Shown here piece after piece: positions 41,601 through 54,400 of a DNA stretch of 64,000 bases. The notes below the pieces were generated by a model. The model searched no databases and had not been told where the DNA came from. It worked only from the letters and a program-made list of their open reading frames with translations. The first letter of the stretch is position 1, and each line of letters opens with the position of its first letter. Source of the DNA: Eledone cirrhosa (Eukaryota); the NCBI GenBank assembly GCA_964016885.1, contig OZ024741.1, positions 263,004,001-263,068,000 of the forward strand, in the 5' to 3' direction. The translations under genes were made by a program, and so were the position numbers.

Positions 41601-44600
41601 ACGAGTGTTTCGGCTTACGAGTGTTTCCGGCTTACGAGTGTTTCGACTTACGAGTGTTTTGACTTACGGTGTTTCGGTTTACGAGTGATTCGACTTACGA
41701 ATGTTTTGACTTACGGGTGTTTCGGCTTGCTAGTGTTTCGACTTACGAGTGTTTCGGCTTATGAGTGTTTCGACTTACTAATGTTTTTACTTACGAGTGT
41801 TCTGACTTACGAGTGTTCCGACTTACGAGTGTTCCGACTTACGAGTGTTTCGGCTTACGAGTGTTTCCGGCTTACGAGTGTTTCGACTTACGAGTGTTTC
41901 GACTTACGAGTGTTTTGACTTACGGTGTTTCGACTTACGAGTGATTCGACTTACGAGTGTTTTGACTTACGAGTGTTTTGACTTACGGGTGTTGTGAATT
42001 ACGAGTGTTCCGATTTACGAGTGTTTTGACTTACGGTGTTTCGGCTTACGAGTGATTCGACTTACGAATGTTTTGACTTACGGGTGTTTCGGCTTGCTAT
42101 TGTTTCGACTTACGAGTGTTTCGGCTTATGAGTGTTTCGACTTACTACTGTTTTTACTTACGAGTGTTTCGGCGTACGAGTGTTTTGACTTACGAGTGTT
42201 TCGAATTACGAGTGTTTTGACTTACGAATGTTTTGACATACGGGTGTTTCGGCTTACGAGTGTTTCGACTTACGAGTGTTTCGGCTTGCGAGTGTTTCGA
42301 CTTACTAATGTTTTTACTTACGAGTTTTTCGGCGTACGAGTGTTTCGACTTACGAGTGTTTCGACTTACGGGTGTTTTGACTTAAGGGTGTTTCGACTTA
42401 CAAGTGTTTCGACTTACGAGTGTTTCGACTTACGAGTGTTCTGACTTACGAGTGTTCTGATTTACGGATGTTTCGACATACGAGTGTTTCGACTTACGAG
42501 TGTTTCGACTTACGAGTGTTTTGACTTACGGGTGTTTTGACATACGAGTGATTCGATACGAGTGTTTCGACTTACGAGTGTTCTGACTTACGAGTGTTCT
42601 GACTTACGAGTGTTCTGACTTACGAGTGTTCTGATTTACGAGTGTTCCGACTTACGAGTGTTTCGGCTTACGAGTGTTTCGACTTACGGGTGTTTTGACT
42701 TACGGGTGTTTCGGCTTACGAGTGTTTCGGCTTATGATTGTTTCGACTTACGAGTGTTTTGACTTACGGTGTTTCAGCTTACGAGTGTTTCGACTTTCGA
42801 GTGTTTTGACTTACGGGTGTTTTGACATACGAGTGTTTCGATACGAGTGTTCTGACTTACGAGTGTTCTGACTTACGAGTGTTTTGACTTACGAGTGTTC
42901 CGACTTACGAGTGTTCCGACTTACGAGTGTTTCGGCTTACGAGTGTTTCCGGCTTACGAGTGTTTCGACTTACGAGTGTTTTGACTTACGGTGTTTCGGC
43001 TTACGAGTGATTCGACTTACGAATGTTTTGACTTACGGGTGTTTCGGCTTGCTAGTGTTTCGACTTACGAGTGTTTCGGCTTATGAGTGTTTCGACTTAC
43101 TACTGTTTTTACTTACGAGTGTTTCGGCGTACGAGTGTTTTGACTTACGAGTGTTTCGAATTACGAGTGTTTTGACTTACGAATGTTTTGACTTACGGGT
43201 GTTTCGGCTTACGAGTGTTTCGACTTACGAGTGTTTCGGCTTGCGAGTGTTTCGACTTACTAATGTTTTTAATTACGAGTTTTTCGGCGTACGAGTGTTT
43301 CGACTTACGAGTGTTTCGACTTACGGGTGTTTTGACTTAAGGGTGTTTCGACTTACAAGTGATTCGACTTACGAGTGTTTCGACTTACGAGTGTTCTGAC
43401 TTACGAGTTTTCTGATTTACGGATGTTTCGACATACGAGTGTTTCGACTTACGAGTGTTTCGACTTACGAGTGTTTTGACTTACGGGTGTTTTGACATAC
43501 GAGTGTTTCGATACGAGTGTTTCGACTTACGAGTGTTCTGACTTACGAGTGTTCTGACTTACGAGTGTTCTGACTTACGAGTGTTCTGATTTACGAGTGT
43601 TCCGACTTACGAGTGTTTCGGCTTACGAGTGTTTCGGCTTACGAGTGTTTCGACTTACGAGTGTTTCGACTTACGAGTGTTCCGACTTACGGGTGTTTCG
43701 ACTTACGAGTGGTTTGGCTTACGGTGTTTCGGCTTACGAGTGTTTCGAGTTACGAGTGTTTTGACTTACGCGTGTTTTGACATACGAGTGTTTCGATACG
43801 AGTGTTCTGACTTACGAGTGTTCTGACTTACGAGTGTTCTGACTTACGAGTGTTCCGACTTTACGAGTGTTTCGGCTCACGAGTGTTTCGGCTTACGAGT
43901 GATTCGACTTACGAGTGTTTTGAATTATGAGTGTTTCGACTTACGAGTGTTCTGACTTACGAGTGTTCTGACTTACGAGTGTTCCGACTTACGAGTGTTT
44001 CGGTTTACGAGTGTTTCGACATACGAGTGTTTTGACTTACGGGTGTTTCGACTTACGGGTGTTTCGACTTACGAGTGTTTCGGCTTACGAGTGTTTCGAC
44101 TTACTAATGTTTTTACTTACGAGTGTTTCGGTGTACGAATGTTTTGACTTAAGGATGTTTCGACTTACGAGTGTTTCGACTTACGAGTGTTTCGGCTTAC
44201 ATGAGTTTCGACTTAAGAGTGTTCTGATTTACGAGTGTTCTGACTTGCGGGTGTTCTGATTTACGAGTGTTCCGACTTACGAGTGTTTCGGCTTATGAGT
44301 GTTTCGACTTACGAGTGTTTCGGCTTACGAGTGTTTCGACTTATGGGTGTTTCGACTTACGAGTGTTTTTACTTACGGTGTTTCGGCTTACGAGTGTTTC
44401 GACATACGAGTGTTTTGACTTACGGGTGTTTCGACTTACGAGTGTTTTGACTTACGAACGTTTTGACTTACGGGTGAATCGGCTTACGAGTGTTTCGACT
44501 TACGAGTGTTTCGGCTTACGAGTGTTTCGACTTACTAATGTTTTTACTTACGAGTGTTTCGGCGTATGAGAGTTTTGACTTACGAGTGTTTCGACTTACG

Positions 44601-47561
44601 AGTGTTTTGACTTACGGTGTTTCGACTTACGAGTGATTCGACTTACGAGTGTTTTGACTTACGAGTGTTTTGACTTACGGGTGTTGTGAATTACGAGTGT
44701 TCCGATTTACGAGTGTTTTGACTTACGGTGTTTCGGCTTACGAGTGATTCGACTTACGAATGTTTTGACTTACGGGTGTTTCGGATTGCTAGTGTTTCGA
44801 CTTACGAGTGTTTCGGCTTATGAGTGTTTCGATATACTACTGTTTTTACTTACGAGTGTTTCGGCGTACGAGTGTTTTGACTTACGAGTGTTTCGAATTA
44901 CGAGTGTTTTGACTTACGAATGTTTTGACATACGGGTGTTTCGGCTTACGAGTGTTTCGACTTACGAGTGTTTCGGCTTGCGAGTGTTTCGACTTACTAA
45001 TGTTTTTACTTACGAGTTTTTCGGCGTACGAGTGTTTCGACTTACGAGTGTTTCGACTTACGGGTGTTTTGACTTAAGGGTGTTTCGACTTACAAGTGTT
45101 TCGACTTACGAGTGTTTCGACTTACGAGTGTTCTGACTTACGAGTGTTCTGATTTACGGATGTTTCGACATACGAGTGTTTCGACTTACGAGTGTTTCGA
45201 CTTACGAGTGTTTTGACTTACGGGTGTTTTGACATACGAGTGTTTCGATACGAGTGTTTCGACTTACGAGTGTTCTGACTTACGAGTGTTCTGACTTACG
45301 AGTGTTCTGACTTACGAGTGTTCTGATTTACGAGTGTTCCGACTTACGAGTGTTTCGGCTTACGAGTGTTTCGACTTACGGGTGTTTTGACTTACGGGTG
45401 TTTCGGCTTACGAGTGTTTCGGCTTATGATTGTTTCGACTTACGAGTGTTTTGACTTACGGTGTTTCAGCTTACGAGTGTTTCGACTTTCGAGTGTTTTG
45501 ACTTACGGGTGTTTTGACATACGAGTGTTTCGATACGAGTGTTCTGACTTACGAGTGTTCTGACTTACGAGTGTTTTGACTTACGAGTGTTCCGACTTAC
45601 GAGTGTTCCGACTTACGAGTGTTTCGGCTTACGAGTGTTTCCGGCTTACGAGTGTTTCGACTTACGAGTGTTTTGACTTACGGTGTTTCGGCTTACGAGT
45701 GATTCGACTTACGATGTTTTGACTTACGGGTGTTTCGGCTTGCGAGTGTTTCGACTTACGAGTGTTTCGGCTTATGAGTGTTTCGACTTACTAATGTTTT
45801 TAATTTACGAGTGTTCTGACTTACGAGTGTTCCGACTTACGAGTGTTCCTACTTACGAGTGTTTCGGCTTACGAGTGTTTCCGGCTTACGAGTGTTTCGA
45901 CTTACGAGTGTTTCGACTTACGGGTGTTTTGACTTACGGTGTTTCGACTTACGAGTGATTCGACTTACGAGTGTTTTGACTTACGGGTGTTTTGATTTAC
46001 GGGTGTTGTGAATTACGAGTGTTCCGATTTACGAGTGTTTTGACTTACGGTGTTTCGGCTTACGAGTGATTCGACTTACGAATGTTTTGACTTACGGGTG
46101 TTTCGGCTTACGAGTGTTTCGACTTACGAGTGTTTCGGCTTACGAGTGTTTCGACTTACTAATGTTCTTACTTACGAGTGTTTCGGCGTACGAGAGTTTT
46201 GACTTACGAGTGTTTCGACTTACGAGTGTTTCGACTTACGAGTGTTTTGACTTACGAAAGTTTTGACTTACGGGTGTTTCGGCTTACGAGTGTTTCGACT
46301 TACGAGTCTTTCGGCTTACGAGTGTTTCGGCGTACGAGTGTTTCGACTTACGAGTGTTTCGACTTACGGGTGTTTTGACTTACGGGTGTTTCGGCTTACG
46401 AGTGTTTCGGCTTATGATTGTTTCGACTTACGAGTGTTTTGACTTACGGTGTTTCAGATACGAGTGTTTTGACTTACGAGTGTTTTGACTTACGGGTGTT
46501 TTGACATACGAGTGTTTCGATACGAGTGTTCTGACTTACGAGTGTTCTGACTTACGAGTGTTTTGACTTACGAGTGTTCTGACTTACGAGTGTTCCGACT
46601 TACGAGTGTTCCAACTTACGAGTGTTTCGGCTTACGAGTGTTTCCGGCTTACGAGTGTTTCGACTTAGGAGTGTTTTGACTTACGGTGTTTCGGCTTACG
46701 AGTGATTCGACTTACGAGTGTTTTGACTTACGGGTGTTTTGACTTACGGGTGTTGTGAATTACGAGTGTTCCGATTTACGAGTGTTTTGACTTACGGTGT
46801 TTCGGCTTACGAGTGATTCGACTTACGAATGTTTTGACTTACGGGTGTTTCGGCTTGCGAGTGTTTCGACATACGAGTGTTTCGGCTTATGAGTGTTTCG
46901 ACTTACTAATGTTTTTACTTACGAGTGTTCTGACTTACGAGTGTTCCGACTTACGAGTGTTCCGACTTACGAGTGTTTCGGCTTACGAGTGTTTCCGGCT
47001 TACGAGTGTTTCGACTTACGAGTGTTTCGACTTACGAGTGTTTTGACTTACGGTGTTTCGACTTACGAGTGATTCGACTTACGAGTGTTTTGACTTACGA
47101 GTGTTTTGACTTACGAGTGTTGTGAATTACGAGTGTTCCGATTTACGAGTGTTTTGACTTACGGTGTTTCGGCTTACGAGTGATTCGACTTACGAATGTT
47201 TTGACTTACGGGTGTTTCGGCTTGCTATTGTTTCGACTTACGAGTGTTTCGGCTTATGAGTGTTTCGACTTACTACTGTTTTTACTTACGAGTGTTTCGG
47301 CGTACGAGTGTTTTGACTTACGGGTGTTTCGACTTACGAGCGGTTTGGCTTACGGTGTTTCGGCTTACGAGTGTTTCGAGTTACGAGTGTTTCGAGTTAC
47401 GAGTGTTTTGACTTACGCGTGTTTTGACATACGAGTGTTTCGATACGAGTGTTCTGACTTACGAGTGTTCTGACTTACGAGTGTTCTGACTTACGAGTGT
47501 TCCGACTTTACGAGTGTTTCGGCTCACGAGTGTTTCGGCTTACGAGTGTTTCGACTTACGA

Positions 47562-47630
47562 AAATAACAAATATACGCGGTTTCAAATCTCTATGATTTT
47601 CAAATTCATTACATTAATCTTTATTTATAC
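47562..47630. other. 69-bp AT-rich element, copy 6 (ATATACG / TTCAAATTC)
   Basis: Same junctions; positional counterpart of copy 3 in HOR copy B. Confidence 0.95.
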
Positions 47631-50600
47631 GTTTCGCTTTACGAGTGTTTCGACTTACGAGTGTTTCGACATACGAGTGTTTCGACCTCCGAATGTTTTT
47701 GCTTACGGGTGTTTTGACTTACGAATGTTTCGGCTTACGAGTGTTTCGGCTTACGAGTGTTCCGACTTAGGAATGTTTCGGCTTACGAGTGTTTCCGGCT
47801 TACGAGTGTTTCGACTTACGAGTGTTTCGACTTTCGAGTGTTTTGACTTACGGTGTTTCGGCTTACGAGTGATTCGACTTACGAGTGTTTTGACTTACGG
47901 GTGTTTTGACTTACGGGTGTTGTGAATTACCAGTGTTCCGATTTACGAGTGTTTTGACTTACGGTGTTTCGGCTTGCGAGTGTTTTTACTTACGAGTGTT
48001 TCGGCGTTCGAGTGTTTTGACTTACGAGTGTTTCGAGTTACGAGTGTTTTGACTTACGAATGTTTTGACTTACGGGTGTTTCGGCTTACGGGTGTTTCGA
48101 CTTACGAGTGTTTCGACTTATGAGTGTTTCGACCTACGAGTGTTCTGACTTACGAGTGTTCTGACTTACGAGTGTTCCGACTTACAAGTGTTTCGGTTTA
48201 CGAGTGTTTCGACATACGAGTGTTTTGACTTACCGGTGTTTCGACTTACGGGTGTTTCGACTTACGAGTGTTTCGGCTTACGAGTGTTTCGACTTACTAA
48301 TGTTTTTACTTACGAGTGTTTCGGTGTACGAATGTTTTGACTTAAGGATGTTTCGACTTACGAGTGTTTCGACTTACGAGTGTTTCGGCTTACGTGAGTT
48401 TCGACTTAAGAGTGTTCTGATTTACGAGTGTTCTGACTTGCGGGTGTTCTGATTTACGAGTGTTCCGACTTACGAGTGTTTCGGCTTATGAGTGTTTCGA
48501 CTTACGAGTGTTTCGGCTTACGAGTGTTTCGACTTATGGGTGTTTCGACATACGAGTGTTTTGACTTACGAATGTTTTGACTTACGGGTGTTTCGGCTTA
48601 CGAGTGTTTCGACTTACGAGTGTTTCGGCTTACGAGTGTTTCGACTTACTAATGTTCTTACTTACGAGTGTTTCGGCGTACGAGAGTTTTGACTTACGAG
48701 TGTTTCGACTTACGAGTGTTTCGACTTACGAGTGTTTTGACTTACGAAAGTTTTGACTTACGGGTGTTTCGGCTTACGAGTGTTTCGACTTACGAGTCTT
48801 TCGGCTTACGAGTGTTTCGGCGTACGAGTGTTTCGACTTACGAGTGTTTCGACTTACGGGTGTTTTGACTTACGGGTGTTTCGGCTTACGAGTGTTTCGG
48901 CTTATGATTGTTTCGACTTACGTGTGTTTTGACTTACGGTGTTTCAGATACGAGTGTTTTGACTTACGAGTGTTTTGACTTACGGGTGTTTTGACATACG
49001 AGTGTTTCGATACGAGTGTTCTGACTTACGAGTGTTCTGACTTACGAGTGTTTTGACTTACGAGTGTTCTGACTTACGAGTGTTCCGACTTACGAGTGTT
49101 CCAACTTACGAGTGTTTCGGCTTACGAGTGTTTCCGGCTTACGAGTGTTTCGACTTAGGAGTGTTTTGACTTACGGTGTTTCGGCTTACGAGTGATTCGA
49201 CTTACGAGTGTTTTGACTTACGGGTGTTTTGACTTACGGGTGTTGTGAATTACGAGTGTTCCGATTTACGAGTGTTTTGACTTACGGTGTTTCGGCTTAC
49301 GAGTGATTCGGCTTACGAATGTTTTGACTTACGGGTGTTTCGGCTTGCGAGTGTTTCGACATACGAGTGTTTCGGCTTATGAGTGTTTCGACTTACTAAT
49401 GTTTTTACTTACGAGTGTTCTGACTTACGAGTGTTCCGACTTACGAGTGTTCCGACTTACGAGTGTTTCGGCTTACGGTGTTTCGGCTTACGAGTGTTTC
49501 GAGTTACGAGTGTTTTGACTTACGCGTGTTTTGACATACGAGTGTTTCGATACGAGTGTTCTGACTTACGAGTGTTCTGACTTACGAGTGTTCTGACTTA
49601 CGAGTGTTCCGACTTTACGAGTGTTTCGGCTTACGAGTGATTCGACTTACGAGTGTTTTGACTTACGAGTGTTTCGAGTTACGAGTGTTTTGACTTACGA
49701 GTGTTTCGGCTTACGGGTGTTTCGACTTACGAGTGTTTCGACTTATGAGTGTTTCGACCTACGAGTGTTCTGACTTACGAGTGTTCTGACTTACGAGTGT
49801 TCCGACTTACAAGTGTTTCGGTTTACGAGTGTTTCGACATACGAGTGTTTTGACTTACGGGTGTTTCGACTTACGGGTGTTTCGACTTACGAGTGTTTCG
49901 GCTTACGAGTGTTTCGACTTACTAATGTTTTTACTTACGAGTGTTTCGGTGTACGAATGTTTTGACTTAAGGATGTTTCGACTTACTAGTGTTTCGACTT
50001 ACGAGTGTTTCGGCTTACGTGAGTTTCGACTTAAGAGTGTTCTGATTTACGAGTGTTCTGACCTGCGGGTGTTCTGATTTACGAGTGTTCCGACTTACGA
50101 GTGTTTCGGCTTATGAGTGTTTCGACTTACGAGTGTTTCGGCTTACGAGTGTTTCGACTTATGGGTGTTTCGACTTACGAGTGTTCTTACTTACGGTGTT
50201 TCGGCTTACGAGTGTTTCGACATACGAGTGTTTTGACTTACGGGTGTTTCGGCTTAAGAGTGTTTCGACTTACGAGTGTTTCGGCTTACGAGTGTTTCGA
50301 CTTACTAATGTTTTTACTTACGAGTGTTTCGGCGTACGAGAGTTTTGACTTACGAGTGTTTCGAATTACGAGTGTTTTGACTTACGAATGTTTTGACTTA
50401 CGGGTGTTTCGGCTTATGAGTGTTTCGACTTACGAGTCTTTCGGCTTACGAGTGTTTCGACTTACTAATGTTTTTACTTATGAGTGTTTCGGCGTACGAG
50501 TGTTTCGACTTACGAGTGTTTCGACTTACGGGTGTTTTGACTTACGGGTGTTTCGGCTTACGAGTGTTTCGACTTACGAGTGTTTTGACTTAAGGGTGTT

Positions 50601-51345
50601 TCGACTTAGGAGTATTTTTGGCTCACGAGTGTTTCGACTTACGAGTGTTTTGACTTACGAGTGTTCTGATTTACGGATGTTTCGACTTCCGAGTGTTTTG
50701 ACTTACGGTGTTTCGGCTTACGAGTGATTCGACTTACGAGTGTTTTGACTTACGTGTGTTTCGGCTTGCTAGTGTTTCGACTTACGAGTGTTTCGGCTTA
50801 TGAGTGTTTCGACTTACTACTGTTTTTACTTACGAGTGTTTCGGCGTGCGAGTGTTTTGACTTACGAGTGTTTCGAATTACGAGTGTTTTGACTTACGAA
50901 TGTTTTGACTTACGGGTGTTTCGGCTTACGAGTGTTTCGACTTACGAGTGTTTCGGCTTGCGAGTGTTTCGACTTACTAATGTTTTTACTTAGGAGTTTT
51001 TCGGCGTACGAGTGTTTCGACTTACGAGTGTTTCGACTTACGGGTGTTTTGACTTAAGGGTGTTTCGACTTACAAGTGATTCGACTTACGAGTGTTTCGA
51101 CTTACGAGTGTTCTGACTTACGAGTGTTCTGATTTACGGATGTTTCGACATACGAGTGTTTCGACTTACGAGTGTTTCGACTTACGAGTGTTTTGACTTA
51201 CGGGTGTTTTGACATACGAGTGTTTCGATACGAGTGTTTCGACTTACGAGTGTTCTGACTTACGAGTGTTCTGATTTACGAGTGTTCCGACTTACGAGTG
51301 TTTCGGCTTACGAGTGTTTCGGCTTACGAGTGTTTCGACTTACGA

Positions 51346-51414
51346 AAATAACAAATATACGCGGTTTCAAATCTCTATGATTTTCAAATTCATTACATTA
51401 ATCTTTATTTATAC
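51346..51414. other. 69-bp AT-rich element, copy 7 (ATATACG / TTCAAATTC)
   Basis: Same junctions; counterpart of copies 4 and 5 (offsets 15580 and 12787). Confidence 0.95.
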
Positions 51415-54400
51415 GTTTCGCTTTACGAGTGTTTCGACTTACGAGTGTTTCGACATACGAGTGTTTCGACCTCCGAATGTTTTTGCTTACGGGTGTTTTG
51501 ACTTACGAATGTTTCGGCTTACGAGTGTTTCGGCTTACGAGTGTTCCGACTTAGGAATGTTTCGGCTTACGAGTGTTTCCGGCTTACGAGTGTTTTGACT
51601 TACGAGTGTTTCGACTTTCGAGTGTTTTGACTTACGGTGTTTCGGCTTACGAGTGATTCGACTTACGAGTGTTTTGACTTACGGGTGTTTTGACTTACGG
51701 GTGTTGTGAATTACCAGTGTTCCGATTTACGAGTGTTTTGACTTACGGTGTTTCGGCTTGCGAGTGTTTCGACTTACGAGTGTTTCGGCTTATGAGTGTT
51801 TCGACTTACTAATGTTTTTACTTACGAGTGTTTCGGCGTTCGAGTGTTTTGACTTACGAGTGTTTCGAGTTACGAGTGTTTTGACTTACGAATGTTTTGA
51901 CTTACGGGTGTTTCGGCTTACGGGTGTTTCGACTTACGAGTGTTTCGACTTATGAGTGTTTCGACCTACGAGTGTTCTGACTTACGAGTGTTCTGACTTA
52001 CGAGTGTTCCGACTTACAAGTGTTTCGGTTTACGAGTGTTTCGACATACGAGTGTTTTGACTTACCGGTGTTTCGACTTACGGGTGTTTCGACTTACGAG
52101 TGTTTCGGCTTACGAGTGTTTCGACTTACTAATGTTTTTACTTACGATTGTTTCGGTGTACGAATGTTTTGACTTAAGGATGTTTCGATTACGAGTGTTT
52201 CGACTTACGAGTGTTTCGGCTTACGTGAGTTTCGACTTAAGAGTGTTCTGATTTACGAGTGTTCTGACTTGCGGGTGTTCTGATTTACGAGTGTTTCGGC
52301 TTATGAGTGTTTCGACTTACGAGTGTTTCGGCTTACGAGTGTTTCGACTTATGGGTGTTTCGACATACGAGTGTTTTGACTTACGGGTGTTTCGACTTAC
52401 GAGTGTTTTGACTTACGAATGTTTTGACTTACGGGTGTTTCGGCTTACGAGTGTTTCGACTTACGAGTGTTTCGGCTTACGAGTGTTTCGACTTACTAAT
52501 GTTCTTACTTACGAGTGTTTCGGCGTACGAGAGTTTTGACTTACGAGTGTTTCGACTTACGAGTGTTTCGACTTACGAGTGTTTTGACTTACGAAAGTTT
52601 TGACTTACGGGTGTTTCGGCTTACGAGTGTTTCGACTTACGAGTCTTTCGGCTTACGAGTGTTTCGGCGTACGAGTGTTTCGACTTACGAGTGTTTCGAC
52701 TTACGGGTGTTTTGACTTACGGGTGTTTCGGCTTACGAGTGTTTCGGCTTATGATTGTTTCGACTTACGAGTGTTTTGACTTACGGTGTTTCAGATACGA
52801 GTGTTTTGACTTACGAGTGTTTTGACTTACGGGTGTTTTGACATACGAGTGTTTCGATACGAGTGTTCTGACTTACGAGTGTTCTGACTTACGAGTGTTT
52901 TGACTTACGAGTGTTCTGACTTACGAGTGTTCCGACTTACGAGTGTTCCAACTTACGAGTGTTTCGGCTTACGAGTGTTTCCGGCTTACGAGTGTTTCGA
53001 CTTAGGAGTGTTTTGACTTACGGTGTTTCGGCTTACGAGTGATTCGACTCACGAGTGTTTTGACTTACGGGTGTTTTGACTTACGGGTGTTGTGAATTAC
53101 GAGTGTTCCGATTTACGAGTGTTTTGACTTACGGTGTTTCGGCTTACGAGTGATTCGACTTACGAATGTTTTGACTTACGGGTGTTTCGGCTTGCGAGTG
53201 TTTCGACATACGAGTGTTTCGGCTTATGAGTGTTTCGACTTACTAATGTTTTTACTTACGAGTGTTCTGACTTACGAGTGTTCCGACTTACGAGTGTTCC
53301 GACTTACGAGTGTTTCGGCTTACGAGTGTTTCCGGCTTACGAGTGTTTCGACTTACGAGTGTTTCGACTTACGAGTGTTTTGACTTACGGTGTTTCGACT
53401 TACGAGTGATTCGACTTACGAGTGTTTTGACTTACGAGTGTTTTGACTTACGGGTGTTGTGAATTACGAGTGTTCCGATTTACGAGTGTTTTGACTTACG
53501 GTGTTTCGGCTTACGAGTGATTCGACTTACGAATGTTTTGACTTACGGGTGTTTCGGCTTGCTATTGTTTCGACTTACGAGTGTTTCGGCTTATGAGTGT
53601 TTCGACTTACTACTGTTTTTACTTACGAGTGTTTCGGCGTACGAGTGTTTTGACTTACGAGTGTTTCGAATTACGAGTGTTTTGACTTACGAATGTTTTG
53701 ACATACGGGTGTTTCGGCTTACGAGTGTTTCGACTTACGAGTGTTTCGGCTTGCGAGTGTTTCGACTTACTAATGTTTTTACTTACGAGTTTTTCGGCGT
53801 ACGAGTGTTTCGACTTACGAGTGTTTCGACTTACGGGTGTTTTGACTTAAGGGTGTTTCGACTTACAAGTGTTTCGACTTACGAGTGTTTCGACTTACGA
53901 GTGGTCTGACTTACGAGTGTTCTGATTTACGGATGTTTCGACATACGAGTGTTTCGACTTACGAGTGTTTCGACTTACGAGTGTTTTGACTTACGGGTGT
54001 TTTGACATACGAGTGATTCGATACGAGTGTTTCGACTTACGAGTGTTCTGACTTACGAGTGTTCTGACTTACGAGTGTTCTGACTTACGAGTGTTCTGAT
54101 TTACGAGTGTTCCGACTTACGAGTGTTTCGGCTTACGAGTGTTTCGACTTACGGGTGTTTTGACTTACGGGTGTTTCGGCTTACGAGTGTTTCGGCTTAT
54201 GATTGTTTCGACTTACGAGTGTTTTGACTTACGGTGTTTCAGCTTACGAGTGTTTCGACTTTCGAGTGTTTTGACTTACGGGTGTTTTGACATACGAGTG
54301 TTTCGATACGAGTGTTCTGACTTACGAGTGTTCTGACTTACGAGTGTTTTGACTTACGAGTGTTCCGACTTACGCGTGTTCCGACTTACGAGTGTTTCGG

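Larger units (their letters stand above)
31100..47320 (+). repeat. Right-domain large HOR copy A (~16.2 kb, containing 623-, 2793- and 1322-bp internal duplications)
   Basis: Marker GAGCGGTTTGG and element copies 3/6 are offset by 16219. Internal offsets: 31755/32378=623, 35734/38527=2793, 40730/42052=1322. Confidence 0.88.

Noticed and set aside
25132-51414. CRISPR array or repeat-spacer system
   Set aside because: Monomers abut without spacers, the seven 69-bp inserts are near-identical rather than unique, and there are no cas genes or leader.
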